From: Vicinamibacteria bacterium
GTDB taxonomy: Bacteria > Acidobacteriota > Vicinamibacteria > Vicinamibacterales > JAENWD01
Assembly: GCA_963719755.1 (NCBI GenBank)
Contig: CAVRDA010000006.1
Location: forward strand, 17,309-81,308
DNA: 64,000 nt
Direction: 5' to 3'
Part shown: positions 11,529 through 22,523 of the stretch, piece by piece
Layout of the letters: every line of letters begins with the position of its first letter
Position numbering within the stretch: position 1 is the first letter of the stretch
Position numbers and translations under genes: made by a program
The notes under the pieces: generated by a model
The model's input: the letters and a program-made list of their open reading frames with translations, nothing else
The model's database searches: none
What the model was told of the DNA's origin: nothing

Positions 11529-11544
11529 GGGCACGACAGTTGCT
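11529..11544 (+). promoter_or_regulatory. Putative sigma54 (-24/-12) promoter upstream of first mreB
   Basis: GGGCAC-GACAG-TTGCT matches TGGCAC-N5-TTGCW with the correct GG-N10-GC spacing. Confidence 0.6.
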
Positions 11545-11602
11545 GAGCAGGGCGGGATGCCCGCGCGTCCGCGCGGGACCTCACTCTCAGTCCGGAGACC
11601 GA

Positions 11603-12622
<1,020 letters not shown>

Positions 12623-12637
12623 GGGGGAGGGCAGTTT

Positions 12638-12683
12638 CCCCCACAACCCTACAACCCCACCACCCTACATCCTTACAACCCAT
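12638..12683. repeat. Degenerate octamer array (CCCYACAA) x~5
   Basis: ccccacaa ccctacaa ccccacca ccctacat ccttacaa. Confidence 0.8.
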
Positions 12684-12791
12684 CTCTGGCCCCTACTCCC
12701 CCGCCCCTTTCCGCCCGATACTCCGCGAAACGGCCCGGATTTTCGCGCCCCGGTGAGGCGCCCGGGCCACAACGCTTCGCGGAGTGTCTAG

Positions 12792-13814
<1,023 letters not shown>

Positions 13815-13815
13815 T

Positions 13816-13862
13816 CGTCAACCGTCAACCGTCAACTCGTCAACCGTCAACCGTTAACCCGT
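13816..13862. repeat. Heptamer array (GTCAACC) x~6, overlapping the stop of the convergent gene
   Basis: Directly visible. Confidence 0.9.
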
Positions 13863-14841
13863 CCAGCCGCCACGCGACGTCGTTGCTGGCGACGACGAGC
13901 CCGCCCAGCGGGTCGAACGCGACACCCACCAGCCCGGCGCCGCTCAGCACCTTCACGGGCGGCGCCGACGAGCCCGGCGCCACTCGATACAGACCGCTCG
14001 CGCCCGACAGCGCCTCGACGATGTAGAGCGCGTTGTCCGGACCGAAAGCCATGCCTTGCGGCCGGCCGAAGTCCGACCACGCCACCTCCACCCGGCCGTC
14101 GAGCGAGACCCGATAGACGTGGTCGCGGGTGGTCAGGGTGGGTCCGCTGACGTAGAGATGGTCGTCGGGCCCCATCGCCAGGTGGAACGCGGCGACCGAA
14201 GGCGGCAGCGAGGCGAGCATGGCCGTCTGCCCGTCCGGACGGACACGGAAGATCGTCCCGGATCGGTCGCCCACGAGCAGCGTGCCGTCGCTGGCGAAGG
14301 CAAGGCCGCAGGCGACGCCCACCTCGCTGACGAAGCTCTCGTAGTGCCCGGCCTCGTCCACCTTGTAGACGACGCCCTCGAACCGGCTGGAGACGTAGAG
14401 AAGCCCGTCGGGTCCGACGGCCATCGCGGTGGGGTTGACCAACCCGGTGACGAGGGATTCCCGCTCGCCGCCGCGGCCGATGCGGAAGATCGAGACCGGC
14501 ACCTGCTGGCCGCGGTTGCCGCTGTAGGTGACGTGCAGGCGGCCGGCCGCGTCGAAGACCGGGTTGTCCACCTGGTGAAGTCCTTCGGCGATCCGCCGAC
14601 CGATCTGGACCGCGGCCGATCCTTGCGCGCCGGCCACGGTCACTGCCATCAGGCCGCCCGGGAGATCGGCCGGGACGAGCGCGGAGAGCCGCGAGGCGCG
14701 GGCCGCGCGGAGGTGCAGCGGCACGTCGCCAAGGCGCACGTCCAGCCCTCCCGGTGCGGACACGTCGAAGCCGTCGCCCAGCACGGTCAGCCACCCGCCC
14801 TCGGTCGCCGCCAGGGGCTCCACTCTCGTCAGCGCGCTCAC
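13840..14841 (-). CDS. IPT/TIG domain plus SMP-30/gluconolactonase-type beta-propeller protein
   Basis: Ig-like N-terminus, repeated P.GMAFGPDG.LYV blades. Confidence 0.75.
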   Translation of the reverse strand: MSALTRVEPLAATEGGWLTVLGDGFDVSAPGGLDVRLGDVPLHLRAARASRLSALVPADLPGGLMAVTVAGAQGSAAVQIGRRIAEGLHQVDNPVFDAAGRLHVTYSGNRGQQVPVSIFRIGRGGERESLVTGLVNPTAMAVGPDGLLYVSSRFEGVVYKVDEAGHYESFVSEVGVACGLAFASDGTLLVGDRSGTIFRVRPDGQTAMLASLPPSVAAFHLAMGPDDHLYVSGPTLTTRDHVYRVSLDGRVEVAWSDFGRPQGMAFGPDNALYIVEALSGASGLYRVAPGSSAPPVKVLSGAGLVGVAFDPLGGLVVASNDVAWRLDGLTVDG

Positions 14842-14931
14842 CGCCGCGAGAGTACGTACGAACGTCAGACGCCGGGCCTACTGCCTTCGCACTATTGACG
14901 CCCGGCTACCTGGCAGCCACCATGCGATCGC

Positions 14932-16256
14932 ATGTGGCCGACACGTCAGACCCGCCAGACCCGCCACGACCGGCCAGACCCGCGCACTCTGGCTGCTGCT
15001 CCTGATCGCCGCGGCGGTCGGAACCGGCGTCATCGCGTTTCCGACGTTCTACGTGATGCCGTTCAAGACGCAGGACGCACGGACGTTCGAGTGGGCGCTT
15101 CGGGCCCGGACCCTCGCGCCCGTCGTGACGCTGGTGGCGTCGGTCATCGCGTGCGCGCTGGCGATCGCGATTGCCTGGCGGACCGGACGCTGGTGGCTGA
15201 AGCCGCTGCCCATCCTGGTGGCGGGCCTGGTGGTACTCGGCGCCTGGTTCGCCCGGCAGAACCACTTCGAGTGGATGTTCGCGCCGCAGGAAGTGATCGC
15301 CCATGTCGCGGCCGACAAGGCCACGTTCGTCGCGGATGACGACCTCGTGATGGCGGTGGCCCTGCGCGACGAGACCGTGGCCTACCCCATCCGTCAGCTC
15401 GCCTACCACCACGTCGTCAACGACATCGTCGCGGGAGAGCCGATCGCGGCGACCTATTGAACGCTCTGTCACACCGGTCTGGTGTGGAGCGCGGTGGTCG
15501 ACGGCAGGCGGCTCACCTTCCGCCTGGCGGGCATCAACAACCAGAACTTCGTGATGCGCGACGAGCAGACCGGCTCGTGGTGGCAGCAGGTGACTGGCCT
15601 GGCCATTCACGGGCCGCTGAAGGGCCAGCGGCTGCGGCCGGTGCCGCACGACCAGGTGACGTTCGCCACGTGGAAGGCGGAACAGCCCGCGGGCCGGGTG
15701 CTGAAGCTGGACGAGACAGGTGGCATCAGACGAGGAGTATGCCGAGGCCGACTGGGAGGAGGAGATCGCCCGCCTGCCCACGCCGGGGACGGGGGCGGCG
15801 CCGCCGAAGACCGTCAGCGGCATCGAGCCTCGCACGCTCATGGTCGGCATCACGCTCGACCGCCGCAGCAAGGCCTGGCCCCACGCCAGCGTCGTCTCGG
15901 CAGGCGTCACGCTCGACGAGCTGTCTGGCGTCCCGCTGCTGCTGCTGACGTCGACCGACGGACGGAGCGTCCGCGCCTTCGATCGGCGCGCCGACGGCAG
16001 GACGCTGACCTTCGTACGCGCCGGCGCCGATGCGCGGTCGGGTGTGCTGCTGGACCTCGAGACGCTGAGCGAATGGGACTTCCGGGGACGAGCGACGAAG
16101 GGCGAGCTGGCCGGGCGCCAGCTTGCGCGCGTGGAGTTCCTGCTGGACTACTGGTTCGACTGGGTCAGGTACAACCCCGGTACCGAGGTGGTTCGTCCCT
16201 GGCAGCCGAAGCGGAAACCGGCGAAGTCGCCGATCCCTGCGCCTGTCGCCCCGTAA
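14932..16256 (+). CDS. Membrane-anchored DUF3179 selenoprotein (Sec at TGA 15458-15460; probable indel errors near 14968 and 15718)
   Basis: ORFs 15053-15460 and 15482- share one frame, giving AYPIRQLAYHHVVND...ATY-U-TLC-HTG...MRDEQTGSWWQQ. DUF3179 normally has TYCxxC here. SECIS-like hairpin follows. Confidence 0.85.
15461..15491 (+). promoter_or_regulatory. Bacterial SECIS element
   Basis: TGA-A-CGCTC-TGT-CACACC-[GGTCT]-GGTGTG-GAGCG. The stem-loop has a G-first loop starting 16 nt after the UGA. Confidence 0.8.
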
Positions 16257-16273
16257 CCGTCGACTCCAACTCC

Positions 16274-16305
16274 CAATCGTCAATCGTCAATCGTCAATCG
16301 TCAAT
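16274..16305. repeat. Heptamer array (CAATCGT) x4.5
   Basis: Directly visible between convergent genes. Confidence 0.95.
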
Positions 16306-16307
16306 TT

Positions 16308-16841
16308 CTAGCTGTCGTCCAACTCCACGTTCCAGTAGAGGTAATCCCGCCACCCTTCCGGCGCGTTGCGGAGCCCGATCGTGAACCGGACGGCTGGCGC
16401 GGAGTTCGGGCGACGCGGATGCGACTGCAGGCGCATGCCGGCCTCGGCGGGCGTCCGGCCGCCCTTCCTGCGGTTGCACGTCACGCAACACGTGACGATG
16501 TTCTCCCAGTCCTTTCGGCCGCCGTGAGCGACCGGGACGACATGGTCGAACGTGAGATCGGAAGTGGGGAAGACGTGACCGCAGTATTGGCAATGGTGCC
16601 GGTCGCGCGCATAGATATTCGCGCGACTGAACGGCACGTAATCGATCCTTCGCTTGATGCGGATGTACCGCAGCAGCCGGATGACCGACGGCAGCCGGAA
16701 CGTCACGGAAACCGAGCGCACCTCGCGGTCGTAGGTCGAGACGATCTCGACCTTCCCCTGGCAGAAAAGCGTGATCGCCTTCTGCCAATGTACGACCTTC
16801 AGCGGCTCGTACGTCGCGTTGAGCAGGAGCGTTTGCTCCAT
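16308..16841 (-). CDS. HNH endonuclease (McrA-like, stand-alone)
   Basis: LLLNATYEPL, RD..CQYCG, TFDHVVP..GG, NIVTCC..CN..KG. Confidence 0.92.
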   Translation of the reverse strand: MEQTLLLNATYEPLKVVHWQKAITLFCQGKVEIVSTYDREVRSVSVTFRLPSVIRLLRYIRIKRRIDYVPFSRANIYARDRHHCQYCGHVFPTSDLTFDHVVPVAHGGRKDWENIVTCCVTCNRRKGGRTPAEAGMRLQSHPRRPNSAPAVRFTIGLRNAPEGWRDYLYWNVELDDS

Positions 16842-16920
16842 TGCCACAGTATATTGGGGGCCGCGCCAGACCGGTGTCAAGCCGCTGTGGCGCAAATACG
16901 GCGTAAATCGCAATTCGCCA

Positions 16921-17026
16921 GCTTCCGCCTTCAGCCTTCCGTTTTCGGCCTCCAGGGATTGCGCGGATGGGCCGGCCGTCGCACGACACCACTTGTGAAT
17001 CCCTTGAGGACTGAAGGCTGAAGGCC
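16921..17026. repeat. Inverted pair of heptamer arrays (CAGCCTT ... AAGGCTG)
   Basis: gccttcagccttc on the left and gaaggctgaaggc on the right, in the divergent intergenic region. Confidence 0.65.
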
Positions 17027-17046
17027 GTGTGCCCGATAGCCCCTGT

Positions 17047-17592
17047 ATGCAGTGGCGTGCAGTTCGCGGCATCGCCGTCGTCGTCTGCCTGACGATCGCC
17101 TCGGCGTGCGCCTCGTCGCGATCGCGGCCGCAGCCATACCCGGTCCCGCCCCCGCCTCCGCCTTCGACGGCGTGGCCGCTGCCGATCCCCGCGCCCGGGA
17201 CGAGCGACGGCTACGCGATCGCACGCACGGCGCTGGCTCTTCGCGGCATTCCGTACCGGCTCGGCGGCGCGGACCCAGGCGGCTTCGACTGCAGCGGTCT
17301 GGTCCAGTACGTCTTCGCGCTCCATGGGCTCGGGATGCCCCGCGTCGTTCGCGACCAATACCGGTACGGACAGCCCGTGGACCTGGACGCGCTCGAGCCT
17401 GGCGACCTCGTCTTCTTCGAGACGCAGGGCGGCGAAGTGAGCCACGTCGGCATCGCGCTCGGCGGCGACCAGTTCGTGCACGCCCCGAACTCGCGGGGCA
17501 CGGTCCGCATCAACCGGCTCACGTCCGGCTATTGGGCCGAGCGTGCCGTCGCCGGCCGTCGCCTGGTTTCTGCCGCAACGCACTCGCAATAG
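17047..17592 (+). CDS. NlpC/P60 (C40) peptidase lipoprotein
   Basis: Lipobox ASAC, PYRLGG, GFDCSGLV, PGDLVFF, HVGI, FVHA. Confidence 0.92.
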   Translation: MQWRAVRGIAVVVCLTIASACASSRSRPQPYPVPPPPPPSTAWPLPIPAPGTSDGYAIARTALALRGIPYRLGGADPGGFDCSGLVQYVFALHGLGMPRVVRDQYRYGQPVDLDALEPGDLVFFETQGGEVSHVGIALGGDQFVHAPNSRGTVRINRLTSGYWAERAVAGRRLVSAATHSQ

Positions 17593-17607
17593 GCGACACT
17601 GGTCGCC

Positions 17608-18273
17608 ATGACCTACCTCGATCGATCCCTGTCGGACGTGCTGGCGGCGTTCGCCGATCCGGCGCCGACGCCTGGAGGCGGATCGGCCTCGGCGCTCGCA
17701 GCGGCGCTCGGCCTGTCACTGCTCGCGATGGTCGCGCAGATGGGCCGCACGCGAAGCGGCACCGACGAGAATCGACACGCGCTCGATCGGGCCAAGGCGG
17801 CCCTTCTTCCCCTTCGCGAACACGCCGCGCAGCTGATCACCGACGACGCGGAGGCGTACGACGCGGTGGTGGCGGCGTATCGGCTGCCCAAGGCGACCGA
17901 GGAGGAGAAAGCCGCGCGCCGTGCGGCGATCCAGAACGCGATGCGGGGCGCGGCGGAGGTGCCGCTGGACGTGATGCGGGCCTGTCAGGCGGGCGTCACC
18001 GCGGCACTGGACGTCTCGCAGCACGGCAACCCGTCGGCGTCGAGCGACATCGGCGTCGGGCTCGAACTGCTGACGGCGGCGCTGCGCGGCGCGGCGCTGA
18101 ACGTGCGCGTCAACCTCGGCAGCATCGACGAGGTGGGATGGGTGGACGGCGCGCGGGCCGAGGTCGAGCGGCTCGAAGCGGCGTTCCCGCAGCTGGTCGA
18201 GGACGTCAGGAAGGGGGGGGCCGCTCAGTTGAGCGTCAGCACCACGACGTGGACCTTGAACGCCCACGGGTAG
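17608..18273 (+). CDS. Formiminotetrahydrofolate cyclodeaminase/cyclohydrolase family protein (true 3' end probably near 18225)
   Basis: PTPGGGSASA, YRLPK, GNPSASSD, LNVRVNL. A G-homopolymer at about 18213 may be miscalled. Confidence 0.85.
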   Translation: MTYLDRSLSDVLAAFADPAPTPGGGSASALAAALGLSLLAMVAQMGRTRSGTDENRHALDRAKAALLPLREHAAQLITDDAEAYDAVVAAYRLPKATEEEKAARRAAIQNAMRGAAEVPLDVMRACQAGVTAALDVSQHGNPSASSDIGVGLELLTAALRGAALNVRVNLGSIDEVGWVDGARAEVERLEAAFPQLVEDVRKGGAAQLSVSTTTWTLNAHG

Positions 18274-18557
18274 GTGAAGCGCGGAGCCAGCAGCAGCTCG
18301 CGCGTGTAGCCGCCGATGATGTCGATGCGGCGCTGCGCGCGGGTGATGGCGATGTCTTCAGGCCCGATCGGCAGGGCCTGCTCGGCGGCCAGGTCGAGGA
18401 CGCGCTGCTTCAGCTCGTCCTGCGATTCGCGCTCCGCGAACTGCGCGATCTGCTGGACGGCGTCCTGGAACTGGTAGTGGTCCCAGTAGGCGCTTCCCAC
18501 ACGATACGCCGCGTGCAGCACGAGCGCGGCAATGGCCAGCTTGAGGAGTGTCTTCAT
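18225..18557 (-). CDS. Small membrane-anchored protein, DUF4845-like
   Basis: N-terminal TM helix and position downstream of lepB. Confidence 0.65.
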   Translation of the reverse strand: MKTLLKLAIAALVLHAAYRVGSAYWDHYQFQDAVQQIAQFAERESQDELKQRVLDLAAEQALPIGPEDIAITRAQRRIDIIGGYTRELLLAPRFTYPWAFKVHVVVLTLN

Positions 18558-18571
18558 AGCGCCCGGGGTTC

Positions 18572-18606
18572 CGGCTGTCAGCCGTCAGCCTTCAGCCTCG
18601 GGCTTC
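18572..18606. repeat. Degenerate heptamer array (CAGCCKT)
   Basis: cggctgt cagccgt cagcctt cagcctc. Confidence 0.65.
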
Positions 18607-19300
18607 ATCGGATCTGGTGGAACAACCGCTCCCACCTCGTCCGCGTGAAGAAGTGCGTCACGACGTTGACCATGCCGGTGATCGCCGCGCCCAGTCCTTC
18701 GCGCTGGTACTCTTCTCGGTCGGCCTCGAAGGACCAGTAGACCATCAATGCCTTGCCTTTCACGTTCTCGCGCGGCAAATAGCCCCACCACCGGCTGTCC
18801 TGGGAGTTGTCGCGGTTGTCGCCCATGACGAAGTAGTGGTTCGCCGGCACCGTCACCGGGCCGTAGTTCTCGCGGACGTCGTAGGCCGCCACTTCCTGCC
18901 CCTCGGCGCTCGGCGGCACCAGGAAGTGCACGTACGGCTCGTCGATCGGCGTGCCGTTGATGTAGACCTTCTTGTGGCGCAGTTCCAGCGTCTCGCCCGG
19001 CAGGCCGATGACGCGCTTGATGAAATCGCGCTCGGGCTCTTCCGGGTACTTGAAGACGACGATGTCGCCGCGCTTGATGTCGCGGACCGGCAGCACCACC
19101 CGCTCCGGCCCGCTGGCCGTCGGCGCGAAGACGAACTTGTTCACCAGCAGGTGATCGCCGACGAGCAGGTTGTTCTCCATCGAGCCGGTGGGAATCTTGA
19201 ACGCCTGCACGACGAACGTGCGGATGAACAGCGCGAGGATCACCGCGATGGCGATCGACTCGAAGTACTCGCGCGCGGTCGATTTGCGATGTGTCGTCAT
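18605..19300 (-). CDS. lepB: Signal peptidase I
   Basis: IPTGSM (catalytic Ser), FIKRVIGLPG (catalytic Lys), MGDNRDNSQDSR. Confidence 0.95.
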   Translation of the reverse strand: MTTHRKSTAREYFESIAIAVILALFIRTFVVQAFKIPTGSMENNLLVGDHLLVNKFVFAPTASGPERVVLPVRDIKRGDIVVFKYPEEPERDFIKRVIGLPGETLELRHKKVYINGTPIDEPYVHFLVPPSAEGQEVAAYDVRENYGPVTVPANHYFVMGDNRDNSQDSRWWGYLPRENVKGKALMVYWSFEADREEYQREGLGAAITGMVNVVTHFFTRTRWERLFHQIR

Positions 19301-19312
19301 CGTCTATCCAGC

Positions 19313-19336
19313 GGCGGAACTGAAGTTCCGCCCTCC
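19313..19336 (-). repeat. REP-like hairpin, third copy
   Basis: Minus strand reads GGAG GGCGGAAC TTCA GTTCCGCC, between lepA and lepB. Confidence 0.8.
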
Positions 19337-21136
19337 TATTCGCCGACCTTCAGGACCGCCAGGAACGCCTCCTGCGGGATCTCGACCTGCCCCACCCGCT
19401 TCATGCGGCGCTTGCCTTCCTTCTGTTTTTCGAGCAGCTTGCGCTTGCGGCTGATGTCGCCGCCGTAGCACTTCGCGAGCACGTTCTTCCGCAGCGCCTT
19501 CACCGACTCCCGCGCGATGATGCGCGTGCCGATGGCGGCCTGGATCGCCACCTCGAACATCTGCCGCGGAATCAGCTCCCGCATCTTCGACACCAGCGCC
19601 TTGCCGCGCTCGTAGGCCGTCTCGCGGTGGACGATCAGCGACAGCGCGTCCACCGGGTCGCCGTTGACGAGGATGTCCATCTTGACGAGCGGCGACTCCC
19701 AGAAGCCGGTGACGTGGTAGTCGAGCGACGCGTAGCCGCGCGACATCGTCTTCAGCCGATCGTAGAAGTCGAGCACCACCTCGGCAAACGGCAGCTCGTA
19801 GGTGATGAGCACGCGGTCGGAGGCCAGGTACTCGAGCGCCTTCTGCACGCCGCGCTTGTCCTGGCAGAGCTGCAGGATGCTGCCGACGAACTCCGACGGC
19901 GTCAGGATCGTCGCGGTGATGACCGGCTCCTCGAGCTTGGTGATCCGCCCGGTGTCCGGCAGCTTGGCCGGGCTGTCGATCTCAATGCACCTCGCCGTCG
20001 GTCGTCGTCACGCGGTAGAGCACGCCCGGCGCCGTCGTCACCAGGTCCATGTCGAACTCGCGCTCGAGCCGCTCCTGGACGATCTCCATGTGGAGCAATC
20101 CGAGGAACCCGCAGCGGAAGCCGAAGCCGAGCGCGGTGGAGGTCTCCGGCTCGAAGAACAGCGAGCTGTCGTTCAGCCGCAGCTTCTCCAGCGCCTCGCG
20201 GAGGTTCTGGTATTCGTGGCCCTCGACCGGGTAGAGGCCGGCGAAGACCATGGGCTTCAGCTCCTTGAAGCCCGGCCACGCCTCCTCCGCCTGGCGTGCG
20301 GTCTCGGTGACGGTGTCGCCGATCTGCGCGTCGCGGACGTTCTTGATGTTGGCCGTGATGAAGCCGACCTCGCCGGGCCCCAGCTCGGTCGCCGGCGTCG
20401 GCTTCGGCGCGAACGTGCCCAGCGACTCGATCGGGTAGTCCTGCTTCGTCACCATGAAGCGCAGCTTCGTGCCCAGGCGCAGCGTCCCCTCGAACACGCG
20501 GACGACGATGATGACGCCGCGATAGGAGTCGTACCAGGAGTCGAAGATGAGGGCCTTCAGCGGGGCGTCGGGGTCGCCAGCCGGCGCCGGCAGGCGCGCG
20601 ATGATGGCCTCGAGGATCTCGTGCGTGCCGATGCCTTCCTTGGCGCTGGCGAGAATCGCGCCGCTGCCGTCGAGCCCGATGATGTCCTCCACCTGGCGGC
20701 GGACCTCGTCGGGCTGCGCGCTCGGCAGGTCGATCTTGTTGATGACCGGGATGATCTCGAGGTTGTTGTCGACCGCCAGGTATGCGTTGGCCAGCGTCTG
20801 CGCCTCCACGCCCTGGCTCGCGTCGACCAGCAGGAGCGCGCCTTCGCACGCCGCAAGCGACCGCGTGACCTCGTACGAGAAGTCGACGTGACCCGGCGTG
20901 TCGATCAGGTTCAGCACGTACTGCTGCCCGTCGTCGGCGGTGTAGTTCAACCGCACCGGGTGCGCCTTGATGGTGATGCCGCGCTCGCGCTCGAGGTCCA
21001 TGCTGTCCAGGACCTGCGCTTCCATCTCGCGGGCCTGCAGGGCGCCGGTGTACTCGAGGAAGCGGTCGGCCAGCGTGGACTTGCCGTGGTCGATGTGGGC
21101 GATGATCGAGAAGTTCCGGATGTTCTGCTGGTTCAA
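19336..21136 (-). CDS. lepA: Elongation factor 4 (frameshift near 19984)
   Basis: [46 protein letters not shown]. Confidence 0.97.
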
Positions 21137-21199
21137 GGATTTGGCTCGGGCTCTGAGGCCGTAGCCCTCAATTATGCCCCAAGGGTAAGATCAGCCTCC

Positions 21200-21831
21200 A
21201 TGATTCCAGCGCTGGAGGCTCTCGAGCGGCTTCGGGAGGGGAACCGACGATTCGTCTCGGAAACCCGAAGCCTGGAGGCCGCGTCCCGTCACACGCGGCG
21301 CCAGGAAGTCGCCGGCGGCCAGGAGCCATTCGCCATCGTCCTCGGCTGCTCGGACTCGCGCGTGCCGGCCGAACTCGTCTTCGACCAGGGCCTCGGGGAT
21401 CTGTTCGTCATCCGCGTCGCCGGCAACATCGTCGCGCCGTCGCAGGTCGGCAGCGTGGAGTTCGCCGCCGAGCGCTTTCACGTGCGCCTTGTCGTCGTGC
21501 TCGGCCACTCCAAGTGCGGCGCCATCTCCGCGACGATCGAGGAGCTGCGCCGGCGGTCGGAAGACCAGTCGCGGAACCTGCGCTCGATCGTCGAGCGCAT
21601 CCGCCCGGCGGTCGCCGGACTCCTGCGGACCGATCTCGCGAAGGACGAGGAGGCGCTGATGCGGGAGGCGGGTGCGCGCCAATATCCGATTCTCCGCCGA
21701 TCACCTGCGCCATGGGTCCGAGCTGCTCGAGCAGCTGATCCAGACAAGCGGCCTGCTGGTCGTCGGCGCGGAGTACTCGTCTCGAAAGCGGCATCGTCGA
21801 CTTCTTCGACGGCGTGCCGCCGCAGAGCTGA
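21200..21831 (+). CDS. Beta-class carbonic anhydrase (frameshifts near 21672 and 21780)
   Basis: GCSDSRVP, RVAGN, GHSKCGA zinc ligands. Confidence 0.9.
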
Positions 21832-21844
21832 ACGGACACGCATC

Positions 21845-22520
21845 ATGTGGACGGTCGAGCGACGCCGCGCGGCACGGAGCGCCACCTGGCTGGCAGCGCC
21901 GCTGGCGGTCATGGTGTGGGTCTCCACGCAGGCATCAGCGGTCCAGGATCTGGTCCAGTTTCCTTCCGGCGCCGCCCGTAGCCTGGCCGCCGGCAAGGTC
22001 CTCGTGGCGGCGCGAGGCCTGCCCGATCCGAACTTCGAGCAGACCGTCGTCCTGCTGGCAGATTACAGCCGCGAAGGCGCCATGGGGCTGGTGCTGAATC
22101 GGCGAACCGACGTGCGGGTCGCGCGTGTCTTCCCGCACCTCAAGCTCGGGCAGGATCTCGCCTCGTCGCTTTACGTGGGCGGTCCCGTCGCGCCCGATGG
22201 CGTGCTCGGGTTGCTGCAATCGAAGGTCCTTCGCAAGGACAGCCGTGCGGTCCTGCCCGACGTTCAGCTGGTCACGACTCGCGAGCCGCTCGAAGAGCTG
22301 TTGACCAGCAACACGGGACCGGAGCGATTCCGTGTGTATCTGGGCTACGCCGGCTGGGCCCCCGGACAGCTGGACCGGGAAACTGCCCTGGGCTCGTGGC
22401 ACGTCTTCACGAGCGACAGCACGCTCATCTTCGACGCCGATCCGGACACGCTCTGGGATCGCCAGATCCGGCGCGCCGAGCAGCGCATGGCCCTCGCTCG
22501 GCCGTCGGGCCGCACCCCCT
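21845..22520 (+). CDS. YqgE/AlgH family protein (3' end uncertain)
   Basis: DPNFEQTVVL, GAMGLVLNR, GGPV, GYAGWAPGQLDRE...W. Confidence 0.85.
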
Positions 22521-22523
22521 CGT

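Noticed and set aside
16308..16841. HNH nuclease as part of a defence system
   Set aside because: Stand-alone widespread type with no methylase, ATPase or other defence neighbours.
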